From Angustibacter luteus (GTDB lineage Bacteria; Actinomycetota; Actinomycetes; Actinomycetales; Angustibacteraceae), in contig NZ_BAABFP010000008.1 in the NCBI RefSeq assembly GCF_039541115.1, forward strand, positions 1-64,000: a DNA stretch of 64,000 nt. The letters run 5' to 3'. Below are positions 37,927 through 47,773 of the stretch, piece by piece; the first letter of the stretch is position 1; every line of letters starts with the position of its first letter. The translations under genes and the position numbers were made by a program. A model generated the notes under the pieces. It made no database searches. It was not told the DNA's origin and saw only the letters and a list, made by a program, of their open reading frames with translations.

Positions 37927-39753
37927 TCAGCCGCCGACGTCAGCCGCCTCCAGCCAGCGGGACTCGACGTCCTCGCGTTCGGCGAGCAGGCCGCGCAGTC
38001 GCTCGTCCAGCTCGCCGACGGCGACGTGGTCGGTGGCCTGCGCCGCCATCTCGGCGTGCAGCAGCGCGACCTGGCGCTCGATCCGCTCCACCTGCCGTTC
38101 CAGGCGGGCCATCTCCTTGCGGGCCACGCGCTGCTCCTCGGCGGTGTGCACCCGGACGTCCGACGGGATCGCCGCAGTAGGTGCATTCCGTTCGGACGCA
38201 ACGGACCTGGCCCGCGCGGGCGGGCCGCTCGCGCGCAGGTGCAGGTACTCCTCGACGCCGCCGGGCAGGTCCCGCAGGTGGCCGTCACCGAGCAGCGCCA
38301 CCTGCCGGTCGCACATCCGCTCGAGGGCGTACCGGTCGTGCGAGACCACGATCAGGGTGCCCGCCCAACCGTCCAGCAGGTCCTCCAACGCGGTCAGGGT
38401 GTCGACGTCCAGGTCATTGGTCGGCTCGTCCAGCAGCAGCACGTTCGGCTCGTCCATCAGCAGCCGCAGCAGCTGCAGCCGGCGTCGCTCGCCGCCGGAC
38501 AGCTCCTTGACCAGCGACTGCTGGCGCTGTCCGGTGAAGCCGAGCCGCTCGGCCAGCTGGGACGCCGTGACCTCGCGCTCCCCCAGGTGCGTCGTCTCGC
38601 GGACGTCGGCGACCGCGTCCACCACGCGCAGCTCGGCGAGCGCCTCGAGCTCGCGGACCTCCTGGCTGAGGAACGCCAGCTTGACGGTCCGCCCGGTCTT
38701 CACCTTGCCTGCGGTGGGCGCGACGTCCCCGGACAGCACCCGCAGCAGGGTCGACTTGCCCGAGCCGTTGACCCCGACGACACCGATCCGGTCGCCGGGC
38801 CCGATCAGCCAGGTGAGGTCGTCCAGCAGCACCCGCTCGCCCAGCTGGACCCGGACGCCGTGCAGGTCGATGACGTCCTTGCCCAGGCGGCGGGTGGCGA
38901 AGCGCAACAGCTCCACGTCGTCGCGCGGCGGCGGGACGTCGGCGACCAGCGCGTTGGCGGCGTCGATCCGGAACTTGGGCTTGCTGGTCCGGGCTGGCGG
39001 CCCGCGGCGCAGCCAGGCGAGCTCCTTGCGCAGCAGGTTCTGCCGCCGCTCCTCCGTCGTGGCGGCGACCCGGGACCGCTCGGCCCGAGCCAGCACGTAC
39101 GCCGCGTAGCCGCCGTCGTAGGCGTCGACGGTGCCGTCGTGCACCTCCCACGTGGTGGTGGCCATCGCATCCAGGAACCACCGGTCGTGGGTGATGGCGA
39201 CCAGCGCGGACGACGGTCGCCGGGCCGACAGGTGCCGGGCCAGCCACGCCACCCCCTCGACGTCCAGGTGGTTGGTCGGCTCGTCCAGCAGCAGCAGGTC
39301 GGGGTCGGCCACCAGGTGCTTGGCCAGCGCGATCCGGCGGCGCTCGCCACCGGACATGGGTCCGACCACCGCATCCAGGCCGCCGACCGCCTCGGCCCCC
39401 AGGCCGCCGAGCAGTCCGCTCACCACGTCCCGTACCCGGGCGTCGCCGGCCCACTCGTGGTCGTCCAGGTCGCCGACGACGCACGCGCGGACGGTCGAGT
39501 CCGGGTCCAGCTCGTCGTCCTGGCCGAGCACCGCCACGGTGAGGCCACCGGTCTGGGTGACCCGGCCGTCGTCCACCGCCTGCAGGCCGGCGAGCACCCG
39601 CAGCAGCGTCGACTTGCCGCCTCCGTTGCGGCCGACCACCCCGATCCGGTCCCCGGCCGCGACGCCCAGCGAGACGTCGTCCAGGATCACCCGGGTGGCG
39701 AACGCCAGGCGAGCGCGTTCGAGGTTGACGAGGTTGACCGGTCCGGCTGCCAT
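37927..39753 (-). CDS. ABC-F family ATPase (Uup-like)
   Basis: Two ABC domains (GRNGGGKST, GVNGSGKST), no TM segments, C-terminal coiled coil. Confidence 0.93.
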   Translation of the reverse strand: MAAGPVNLVNLERARLAFATRVILDDVSLGVAAGDRIGVVGRNGGGKSTLLRVLAGLQAVDDGRVTQTGGLTVAVLGQDDELDPDSTVRACVVGDLDDHEWAGDARVRDVVSGLLGGLGAEAVGGLDAVVGPMSGGERRRIALAKHLVADPDLLLLDEPTNHLDVEGVAWLARHLSARRPSSALVAITHDRWFLDAMATTTWEVHDGTVDAYDGGYAAYVLARAERSRVAATTEERRQNLLRKELAWLRRGPPARTSKPKFRIDAANALVADVPPPRDDVELLRFATRRLGKDVIDLHGVRVQLGERVLLDDLTWLIGPGDRIGVVGVNGSGKSTLLRVLSGDVAPTAGKVKTGRTVKLAFLSQEVRELEALAELRVVDAVADVRETTHLGEREVTASQLAERLGFTGQRQQSLVKELSGGERRRLQLLRLLMDEPNVLLLDEPTNDLDVDTLTALEDLLDGWAGTLIVVSHDRYALERMCDRQVALLGDGHLRDLPGGVEEYLHLRASGPPARARSVASERNAPTAAIPSDVRVHTAEEQRVARKEMARLERQVERIERQVALLHAEMAAQATDHVAVGELDERLRGLLAEREDVESRWLEAADVGG

Positions 39754-39763
39754 GGGTGCGCCG

Positions 39764-40696
39764 TCAGGTCAGCCGGGGCAGGTCGCCCACCCGGGCGCCG
39801 TGCACCGGGCCGTGCGCGCGCTTGACGACCTCGCAGGCGCCCGAGGCCGTGAGCGCCACCGACAGGTCCAGGGCGTGCTCGTGGTCGCGGACCAGGAAGG
39901 CCAGGGTGGGGCCGGAGCCGCTGACGACGCCGCCGAGGGCGCCGTACTCCAGGCCCACCTCGAGGAGGTCCGACAGGTCCGGCCGCAGCGAGAACGCCGC
40001 GGGCTGCAGGTCGTTGCGCAGCGCCTTGCCGAGGGCCACGCAGTCCCCGCTGCGCAGCGCCTGCATCACCTCGTCGCCGACCCGGGGCTCGGCCAGGGCG
40101 CGTCCCGCGGTGAGCCGGTCGAACTCGGCGTACACCGCGGGGGTGGACAGGCCGTCCTCGCTGAGCGCGAGCACCCAGTGGTACTGGCCGCGGGCCAGGG
40201 CGGGGGTGATCTGCTCGCCGCGGCCGGCCCCGATCGCGGTGCCACCGACCAGCGCGAACGCGACGTCGGCGCCGAGCTGGGCGGCGAGCTCGAGCAGCTC
40301 GGCGCGGTCCAGGCCGGTGCGCCAGGCAGCGTCGCAGGCGACCAGCGCGGCGGCGGCGTCCGCCGAGCCACCGGCCATGCCCGCGGCCACCGGGATCCCC
40401 TTGTGCAGCAGGATGCGGGCGCCGGCCTGCACGCCGCCGCGGCGGGCAACCAGCTGGGCTGCGCGCAGCACGAGGTTGTCAGGCGTCAGCGGGACGCCGT
40501 CCGTGTGCTCGCCGGTGACCTCGAGCTCGAGCCCGCCGCCGGTCGGCGTCACCGTGACGTCGTCGAAGACGCTGACCGCGTGGTAGACGGTGCTGACCGG
40601 GTGGAAGCCGTCGTCACCCAGTGCCCCGACCGACAGGTCGAGGTTGATCTTGGCCGGAGCGCGCACGCTGACGCTGTCCGTCCGGTCACCTGACAT
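39764..40696 (-). CDS. ispE: 4-diphosphocytidyl-2-C-methyl-D-erythritol kinase
   Basis: APAKINL, IPVAAGMAGGSADAAA and SGSGPT. Confidence 0.97.
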   Translation of the reverse strand: MSGDRTDSVSVRAPAKINLDLSVGALGDDGFHPVSTVYHAVSVFDDVTVTPTGGGLELEVTGEHTDGVPLTPDNLVLRAAQLVARRGGVQAGARILLHKGIPVAAGMAGGSADAAAALVACDAAWRTGLDRAELLELAAQLGADVAFALVGGTAIGAGRGEQITPALARGQYHWVLALSEDGLSTPAVYAEFDRLTAGRALAEPRVGDEVMQALRSGDCVALGKALRNDLQPAAFSLRPDLSDLLEVGLEYGALGGVVSGSGPTLAFLVRDHEHALDLSVALTASGACEVVKRAHGPVHGARVGDLPRLT

Positions 40697-40705
40697 GCGC
40701 ACACC

Positions 40706-41575
40706 CTAGGTGAGAGTGGCGGACGCCCGCGCACCGGCGAGCGCCACGAACGCCTCGATGCCCAGCTGCTCGCCGCGGGTGCGCGGGTCGATGCCCGCCG
40801 CGCGCAGCAGCTCCTCGGCCGCCGCGGGGCTGCCCGCCCAGGTCGCGAGCGCGGCCCGCAGGGTCTTGCGGCGTTGGGCGAAGGCGGCGTCGACGGCGGC
40901 GAAGACCGCTGCGCGGCCGGCGGTGGACGGCGGGGGCGGGCGGCGCACCAGCCGGACCAGCCCGGAGTCGACGTTCGGCACCGGCCAGAACACGGACCGG
41001 CCGACGTCGCCTGCCCGGGTCACCTCGCCGTACCAGGCGGCCTTGACGCTGGGCACCCCGTAGATCTTCGAGCCGGGTCCGGCGGCGAGCCGTTCGGCGA
41101 CCTCGGCCTGCACCATGACCAGCACGCTGCGCAGCGTGGGCAGCCGCTCGAGCAGGTGCAGCAGCACGGGCACGGAGACGTTGTAGGGCAGGTTCGCGAC
41201 CAGTGCGGTCGGCGCCGGGCCCGGGACGCCGTCCACCTGCAGCGCGTCCGCGGTGACCACCTCGAGCCGGTCGGCGACGTCCGGCCGGCGCTCGCGCACC
41301 GTCTGCGGCAGTCGCCCGGCCAGCAGCGGGTCGATCTCGAGCGCGACGACCCGGCTCACGACGTCCAGCAGCCCGAGCGTCAGCGAGCCGAGGCCCGGGC
41401 CGACCTCGACCACGACGTCGTCGGGCACCAGCTGGGCAGCCTTGACGATGCGCCGCACGGTGTTGCCGTCCGTGACGAAGTTCTGCCCCCGCTGCTTCGT
41501 CGGCCGCAGATCCAGCTCACCCGCCAAAGCCCGGATGTCAGAGCCCCCCAACAACCCATCCACCGAACGACTCAC
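40706..41575 (-). CDS. rsmA: 16S rRNA adenine dimethyltransferase
   Basis: [21 protein letters not shown] and PVPNVDS. Confidence 0.97.
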   Translation of the reverse strand: MSRSVDGLLGGSDIRALAGELDLRPTKQRGQNFVTDGNTVRRIVKAAQLVPDDVVVEVGPGLGSLTLGLLDVVSRVVALEIDPLLAGRLPQTVRERRPDVADRLEVVTADALQVDGVPGPAPTALVANLPYNVSVPVLLHLLERLPTLRSVLVMVQAEVAERLAAGPGSKIYGVPSVKAAWYGEVTRAGDVGRSVFWPVPNVDSGLVRLVRRPPPPSTAGRAAVFAAVDAAFAQRRKTLRAALATWAGSPAAAEELLRAAGIDPRTRGEQLGIEAFVALAGARASATLT

Positions 41576-41680
41576 ACGATCACGGTCCCAGACGGACCGG
41601 GCAGACCGGAGGTCGGCGTAAAGGAGCTTGCGACAGCCGACCGCAGGTGTGCCCGGTCCGTCTGGGACGAAGCCACGCGA

Positions 41681-42778
41681 TCAGTCGTACAGGTGGCTGC
41701 CGCAGCCCCACTGGCCGGAACCACCGCGGGCGTACAGCGCCTGCGCGCGGGCGGTCTGCTCGGACGCCGAGGCGTCGATCGGGTTGCCCGCGCCACCGAC
41801 GCTGTGCCAGGTGCTCAGGGAGAACTGGTAGAGGCCGTAGTAGCCGGCGGGGTTCACCGCACGCGGGTTGCCGCCGGACTCGCACTGCGCCAGCGCGGCC
41901 CAGTTCAGGCCGCCGCCGCTGCCGGCCGGGATCGCGCCACCGGTGGGCTTCTTCGTGCCGACCTGCTGGACCTGCTGGACCGGCTTGGCGAGGATCGTGC
42001 GCGAGACGAGCTTGGTGGCGCTGGCCTTGCCGTTCACGTAGGTGATCAGGTACGTCACCTTGGCCCTGCCGGGCTTGCCCTTCGTGGTGACCTTGGTGGT
42101 GCCCTTGTCCAGGGTCGCCGACTTCGTGGACGTGGTGCCGAACCTCAGGGCGGCAGTGCGGGCGACCTGCTTCTGGGTCACCCGGTCCAGCTTGACGGTG
42201 GCGCCGTCGACCAGCGGGGTGCTCAGCGGGGCGGAGAGCTTGTCCAGCGTGCGCGGCTGCACGGCGGCCTCGTCCAGCAGCTCACCGACCGTGCTGGCGT
42301 AGGTGATGTGCTGGTCGGCCTTGCCGCCGACGACCAGCGCGACGTCCTTGCGGGTGTCGAGGTCCATGCTCAGGCCCTGCCGGCCGAGCGGGAGGGAGCG
42401 CGAGACGGACAGGCGGGCCGAGTCGGCGCGCAGGCCGAGCTGGGCCAGCGCCTCGTCGACGTTCAGCGCCGTCGTCCAGTACTGGCGGTCGCGGCCGTCG
42501 ATGGTCACGGTCAGCTGGCGGCCGTAGCGGACCACCACCTGGGTGCCGTCCTTGATCTTCGCGTTCGGCGCCGGCGACACGATGTCGTGCCCGCCGACCC
42601 GCACGCCCTCACTGCTGAGCACGTCCTGCACCGAGTCCCCGAAGGCGTGCACGTTCTGGTGCCGCCCGTCGACCACGAGGTCGACGCTCTTGTCGAAGCT
42701 GGCAAAGGCGACCGTGCTGGCGACGACACCAGCAAGGGTCAAGCCTTGGACAATCAGGCGAGTGGGGCGTGAGATCAC
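41681..42778 (-). CDS. rpfB: Resuscitation-promoting factor B (DUF348 repeats, G5, lysozyme-like domain)
   Basis: WAALAQCESGGN...YYGLYQF...TW. Upstream of rsmA-ispE. Confidence 0.9.
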   Translation of the reverse strand: MISRPTRLIVQGLTLAGVVASTVAFASFDKSVDLVVDGRHQNVHAFGDSVQDVLSSEGVRVGGHDIVSPAPNAKIKDGTQVVVRYGRQLTVTIDGRDRQYWTTALNVDEALAQLGLRADSARLSVSRSLPLGRQGLSMDLDTRKDVALVVGGKADQHITYASTVGELLDEAAVQPRTLDKLSAPLSTPLVDGATVKLDRVTQKQVARTAALRFGTTSTKSATLDKGTTKVTTKGKPGRAKVTYLITYVNGKASATKLVSRTILAKPVQQVQQVGTKKPTGGAIPAGSGGGLNWAALAQCESGGNPRAVNPAGYYGLYQFSLSTWHSVGGAGNPIDASASEQTARAQALYARGGSGQWGCGSHLYD

Positions 42779-42955
42779 AGTGGTCCAGACCTAGCAGCAC
42801 CCGGGCACGGAACGGGCTCACGTGCTGCCTCGGCACCGGCACAGGCCGTCATGAGGGCCTGGTCGGTGCACAGGCGAGCAGATTCGCCCGGATGGACGAG
42901 CCCACTGCTGTGCACGTCGCCCGAGGACTTCCCCGACCCCGGCCAACAGCGTCCG

Positions 42956-42984
42956 ACAGTAACGAACCCGTCAGGAGAGTCCAA
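42956..42984 (-). promoter_or_regulatory. Sigma-70-type promoter for rpfB, TTGGAC-N17-TACTGT
   Basis: -35 at 42984-42979 and -10 at 42961-42956, implying a ~170-nt leader. Confidence 0.5.
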
Positions 42985-44161
42985 GTGCACCGCTCTGACC
43001 TGCGGCTTTGCCCTCAGCCTCGGCGCTGCCGGCGGGTCGACCGGGCCGTTGGGCGTCCGATTGACGGCCAATTGTCGCGGTTGCCCGACGCATCGCGCCC
43101 CGTGGGACGTCGCGGACGACGTCCCGCAGGAAGCCGTAGCGGCGCAGCCACTGGGCGCTGCCGCCGCTCGTGCGCTGGTCCGCCTGGTGCCACCAGTCGG
43201 CGATGTCACCCCACCCGGGCGCCGCCAGCGAGCCGCCGAACTGCTGCACCGCAAGGGCTGCGGCCAGGTTCGCCAGCCCCAGCCGGTCGGCCAGCGGCCA
43301 GCCCGCGAGGGTGCCGGTGACGAACGCGGCAGCGAACACGTCACCCGCCCCCGTCGGGTCCAGCGGGGTCACCGGCAGCGCCGGCACCCACTCCTCCTCG
43401 CCGCTGATCGAGTCCACCGCGAGCGCGCCGTGCGCCCCCGCGGTCACCACCGCGATCGGCACCCGGTCGGCCAACGCGTACAGCGCCGCCCACGGGTCGT
43501 CGGTGCGCGTGTAGCGCATCGCCTCCACGCTGTTCGGCAGGAACGCGTGGTACCGCTCGAGCTGGGCCAGCGTGTCGTGCGACCACTCGCCGCTGGGGTC
43601 CCAGCCGGTGTCGGCGAACAGCAGCGTGCCCGCGTCCGCGGCCTGCCGGGTCCACGGCTCGAGCTCGGGCCGCAGGTCGACGAGGGTCGCGCGCGCCTTG
43701 GGCGGCTCGCCGATCATGGCGCTCGCGTCCTGCGGCGGCTGGTGGCCGTGCGAGACCATCGAGCGGTCCCGGTCCACGGACATCGACACGGTCACCGGCG
43801 AGTGCCAGCCGTCGTAGCGCCGCGAACGGGACAGGTCGACGTCCTCCTGCTCGCTCAGCGTCGACCAGTTGAACTCCCCGTACGAGTCGTCGCCGAACGC
43901 CGCCGCCAGGCTGGTGCGCAGGCCGAGCCGGCTCGCCGCGATCGCCGCGTTGGCCACCCCGCCCGGGCACGAGCCCATGCCCTGCGCCCACACCTCCGTG
44001 CCGGTGGCCGGCCGCTCCGGCAGGCCCGTGAAGATCAGGTCGAAGAACACGGTCCCTGCCAGCAGCAGGTCGAACCCGCCGTCGGTGCCCCGCTGCCCGG
44101 CGAGCGGGTCGTAGCGGTGCGGCTGGGGCTCGTCGTGGGCGGCTGACGTCGGGGTGCTGAT
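42971..44161 (-). CDS. PfkB family carbohydrate kinase (start uncertain; ATC 44161 proposed)
   Basis: PGGVANAA, PNSVEA and DPTGAGDVF. The frame is open upstream of GTG 44050 through DLLLAGTVFFD. Confidence 0.88.
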   Translation of the reverse strand: MSTPTSAAHDEPQPHRYDPLAGQRGTDGGFDLLLAGTVFFDLIFTGLPERPATGTEVWAQGMGSCPGGVANAAIAASRLGLRTSLAAAFGDDSYGEFNWSTLSEQEDVDLSRSRRYDGWHSPVTVSMSVDRDRSMVSHGHQPPQDASAMIGEPPKARATLVDLRPELEPWTRQAADAGTLLFADTGWDPSGEWSHDTLAQLERYHAFLPNSVEAMRYTRTDDPWAALYALADRVPIAVVTAGAHGALAVDSISGEEEWVPALPVTPLDPTGAGDVFAAAFVTGTLAGWPLADRLGLANLAAALAVQQFGGSLAAPGWGDIADWWHQADQRTSGGSAQWLRRYGFLRDVVRDVPRGAMRRATATIGRQSDAQRPGRPAGSAEAEGKAAGQSGALGLS

Positions 44162-44194
44162 GCGTGGCTCCCTCGGGCAGGACAGGATCGGACC

Positions 44195-45544
44195 ATGCGC
44201 TTGACGATCCTAGGCGGTGGCGGGTTCCGGGTGCCGCTCGTCGTGCGGGCGCTGCGCGCGCCCGCCGCGCGCGGCCTCGTCGACGAGGTGGTGCTGCACG
44301 ACGTCGACCCGCAGCGGCTGCGGGCCATCGCGAACGTCGTCGCCGAGCTCCCCGGGGGGATGGCGGGCGAGGGTCCGGTCGTCGGCGGGACGACGTCCCT
44401 GGACGTCGCGCTGCGCGGCGCCGACGTGGTGTTCTCGGCGATCCGGGTGGGCTCGGCCGCCGGCCGGGTGGCCGACGAGCGGGTCGCATTGGACCTCGGC
44501 GTGCTCGGCCAGGAGACCACCGGCGCCGGCGGCGTGGCCTACGCACTGCGCACCCTGCCCGTCGCCGTGGACGTCGCCCGCCGGGTCGCCGAGCTCGCGC
44601 CGTCCGCCTGGGTGGTGAACTTCACCAACCCGGCCGGGATGGTGACCCGGGCCATGGGCGAGGTGCTGGGCGAGAAGGTCATCGGGATCTGCGACTCGCC
44701 GTCCGGACTGGTGCGCCGCGCGGCGCTCGCGGCCGGGCTCGACCCGGCGGCGACCGTGCTACCGGACTACGTCGGGCTGAACCACCTCGGCTGGCTGCGC
44801 GGGCTCTGGTCCGACGGCGTGGACCACCTGCCGGCGCTGCTCGCGGACGACGGGCGGCTCGCCACGTTCGAGGAGGGCCGGCTGTTCGGGCCGTCCCTGC
44901 CGCGCCTGCTCGGCGCCCTGCCCAACGAGTACCTGCACTACTACTACTACGCGCGCGAGTCGGTGGCCGCGACGCGGGCCGCCGTTGCCACCCGCGGCGA
45001 GACCCTGGCCGCCGCCCAGGCCGAGCTGTACCCGGCGCTCGCCGCGTCGCCGTCCGGGGCGCTGGAGCGGTGGGAGGCGGCGCGGCGCGCGCGCGAGGAG
45101 GGCTATCTCGCCGAGGCGCGGCCGGCCGGCGAGGCCCGCGACGAGGCGGACCTGGCCGGCGGCGGCTACGAACAGGTCGCGCTCGCCGTGATGCGGGCGG
45201 TGCTGACCGGGGAGCCGGCCGAGCTGATCCTCAACGTGCGCAACGGTTCTGCGCTGCCGCAGCTGTCCCCGGACGCGGTCGTCGAGGTGCCGTGCACGGT
45301 GGACGGCACCGGCGCGCACCCGCACACCATGCGGGCGCTGGACGCGCACCAGCTCGGCCTGGTGCTCGCCCTGGGCGCGGTCGAGGACGCCACCGTGGCC
45401 GCCGCGACCACCGGGTCGCGGTCCGCCGCGCTGCGGGCGCTGACCGTGCACCCGCTGGTCGACTCCGCCCGGGTGGCCGAGCAGCTGCTCGACGGGTACG
45501 TCGCCGCGCACCCCGAGCTGGCCGCGCTGCTCGTCCAACGCTGA
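44195..45544 (+). CDS. GH4 6-phospho-beta-glucosidase
   Basis: ILGGGGFR, GQETTGAGG, NFTNPAGMVT, GICD and GLNHLGW. Confidence 0.93.
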   Translation: MRLTILGGGGFRVPLVVRALRAPAARGLVDEVVLHDVDPQRLRAIANVVAELPGGMAGEGPVVGGTTSLDVALRGADVVFSAIRVGSAAGRVADERVALDLGVLGQETTGAGGVAYALRTLPVAVDVARRVAELAPSAWVVNFTNPAGMVTRAMGEVLGEKVIGICDSPSGLVRRAALAAGLDPAATVLPDYVGLNHLGWLRGLWSDGVDHLPALLADDGRLATFEEGRLFGPSLPRLLGALPNEYLHYYYYARESVAATRAAVATRGETLAAAQAELYPALAASPSGALERWEAARRAREEGYLAEARPAGEARDEADLAGGGYEQVALAVMRAVLTGEPAELILNVRNGSALPQLSPDAVVEVPCTVDGTGAHPHTMRALDAHQLGLVLALGAVEDATVAAATTGSRSAALRALTVHPLVDSARVAEQLLDGYVAAHPELAALLVQR

Positions 45545-45551
45545 CCCGGGC

Positions 45552-46880
45552 CTACTTCGAGGCGGCGTTCGCGGCGTCCTGCGCCTTCTTCAGCCCCGAG
45601 TCCACCGGCGTCCGGCCGGCGAAGATCTCCTTGAAGATCGGGTTGTAGGCGTTGTTGGCGTCCAGGAACTTCGGGCCGAACGGCGGCTCGATCGTCGCGC
45701 TGCCGCTGGCCTCGCCGAACTGCGCGGTGTCGACGTCCTCCTTCTTCCAGTAGTCGTAGTACGACTGCTGGGCGGCGGTGACGGCCGGCAGCGCGGCGCC
45801 GGACTTGCCGACGTACGACGCGCCCTCGGTGGAGCCGAGCCACTTGAGCACCTTGACGGTGGCGTCCTCGTGCTTGGTCTTGGCGTTGCCCGCGGCGATG
45901 ACGCTGTTCACGACGCTGACCCGCCCGGCCGGACCGGCCGGCATCGGCGCGATCCCCCAGTCGAACTGCGCGCCGTCCGCGACGTTCTTCAGGTTGTAGG
46001 TGCCGGACTCGAACAGCGCGAGCTTGCCCTGGATGAACTTGTCGCGGCTGAAGTCGCCGTTGTCGTTGGTGTCGGCGGCGGACGGCGCGACGTGGTCGGC
46101 GTTGATCAGCTTCACCAGGTAGGCCATGGCCTGGGCGCTCTTGGCGTCCTGGGAGAAGACGAAGCTGCCGTCCTCGGCCTGGAACTTGCCGCCGTTGGAC
46201 CCGATGAAGTTGTAGTAGATCGCGCCGAGGTCGTTCGCGATGTTGGTGCCGTACTGGGCGAGCTTCTTGCCGTCGAAGCCGGGCTGGTCGGCCGTGCGGC
46301 CCTTGCTGTCCTTCGTGAGCTTCTTGGCCGCGGCGAGGTAGCTGTCGGACGCCGGGTCGCTGGGGTTCCAGGTCAGCTTGCTCGGGTCGACTCCGGCCGC
46401 CGAGAGCAGCTTCTTGTTGTAGTAGACGACGGTGCGTCCGTCGGTCAGCGCCGGGACGCCGTACAGCGTGCCGTTGCGGGAGTACTGGTCGACGGCCGCC
46501 TTGACCCAGCCGGACTTCTCGTCGGGCAGCGCCTTGTCGATGTTCATCAGCGCGCCGGAGTCGGCGAGCTGGCCGAACGGCGAGGAGTTCAGCCAGAAGA
46601 TGTCGTCGATGTCACCGCTCGAGACGTCCAGCGGCAGCTTGGTGAAGTAGTCCGCGTACGGCACCAGGTTGATCTTCACCGTGATGTCGGGGTTCGCCTT
46701 GGTGAACGCGGCGAACGACTCCGCGTAGGACTTCTGCACCTGGTCGTCCCAGATCCGCACCGTCACGGTGGTCTTGCCACCGGAGTCGGCGGAGTCGTCG
46801 CCGGAGGACGACGGCGAGCAGGCCGCGGCGGCCAGGGCGAGCACCGCGAGCGAGGCGAGGGCGGTCAGGCGGGTTCTCAT
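45552..46880 (-). CDS. Sugar ABC transporter substrate-binding lipoprotein
   Basis: Lipobox AAAC, YYNKKL and WGIAPMPAGP. Confidence 0.9.
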   Translation of the reverse strand: MRTRLTALASLAVLALAAAACSPSSSGDDSADSGGKTTVTVRIWDDQVQKSYAESFAAFTKANPDITVKINLVPYADYFTKLPLDVSSGDIDDIFWLNSSPFGQLADSGALMNIDKALPDEKSGWVKAAVDQYSRNGTLYGVPALTDGRTVVYYNKKLLSAAGVDPSKLTWNPSDPASDSYLAAAKKLTKDSKGRTADQPGFDGKKLAQYGTNIANDLGAIYYNFIGSNGGKFQAEDGSFVFSQDAKSAQAMAYLVKLINADHVAPSAADTNDNGDFSRDKFIQGKLALFESGTYNLKNVADGAQFDWGIAPMPAGPAGRVSVVNSVIAAGNAKTKHEDATVKVLKWLGSTEGASYVGKSGAALPAVTAAQQSYYDYWKKEDVDTAQFGEASGSATIEPPFGPKFLDANNAYNPIFKEIFAGRTPVDSGLKKAQDAANAASK

Positions 46881-46902
46881 GGTGGGACCTCTCACGTTGA
46901 TG

Positions 46903-47763
46903 TCACTTGAAACCGGTGATGGTGATGGACCGGACGACGTGCCGCTGGAACACCAGGAAGATGACGAGCAGGGGGACGACCGCAACCGTGGTCGCGGCCA
47001 TCACGAGGGTCCAGTTGCCGTTGTACTGGGACTGCAGGTTCGCGGTGGCGAGGGTGAGCGTCTGCCAGGTCGGCCCGCTGGTGATCACCAGCGGCCACAG
47101 GAAGTTGTTCCAGTGCGAGACCACGGTGATCACCGCGAGGGTGGCCAGGATGGGCCGGCTCACCGGGACGACCACGTACCGCAGCACCTGCATGGTGTTG
47201 CAACCGTCCAGTCGCGCGGCGCTGATCAGGTCCTCCGGGATGCCCCGGAAGTACTCGCGCAGCAGGAAGATCGCATACGGGGAGCCGAACACCTGCGGCA
47301 GCACCAGCGCCCAGAACGTGTTCCGCAGGCCGGCGGCGGCGAACATCGCGTACAGCGGGATGATCGTCACGATCTGCGGCACCATCAACGTCGCCAGGTA
47401 CACCCAGAACAGGGCGTCGCGGCCCGGGAAGTCCAGCCGGGCGAACGCGTAGGCCGCGAGCACCGAGAAGAACAGCTGGCCGACCAGGATCACCCCGACC
47501 ACCTGGGCGGTCACCACGACGGGGGTCACGAAGTCGTACTGGCCGCCGAACAGCGTGCTGAAGTTGCCGCCGGTGACCGGGTGCGGTGGCGCCAGCGAGG
47601 TCTGCGCCGCGAACTGCTGCGGGGTCTTGACCGCCGTCATCAGGCTGAGCAGGAACGGCGCGATCGTGACCAGCGCGCAGACCGACAGGACGACGTACGC
47701 CGTCACGTCGCCGCGCCGGGTGCCGCGCAGCGCGCGTGGCGGCCGGGTGTCGAGGGTGCTCAC
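46903..47763 (-). CDS. Carbohydrate ABC permease (MalG-like)
   Basis: EDLISAARLDG and WNNFLWPL. Confidence 0.93.
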   Translation of the reverse strand: MSTLDTRPPRALRGTRRGDVTAYVVLSVCALVTIAPFLLSLMTAVKTPQQFAAQTSLAPPHPVTGGNFSTLFGGQYDFVTPVVVTAQVVGVILVGQLFFSVLAAYAFARLDFPGRDALFWVYLATLMVPQIVTIIPLYAMFAAAGLRNTFWALVLPQVFGSPYAIFLLREYFRGIPEDLISAARLDGCNTMQVLRYVVVPVSRPILATLAVITVVSHWNNFLWPLVITSGPTWQTLTLATANLQSQYNGNWTLVMAATTVAVVPLLVIFLVFQRHVVRSITITGFK

Positions 47764-47773
47764 ATCGGGCCCC

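Noticed and set aside
42779..42955. c-di-AMP (ydaO) riboswitch upstream of rpfB
   Set aside because: Only a GGCGAAUC fragment resembles it. The CCCGUCAGCUAAC-type 3' consensus was not found on the coding strand.
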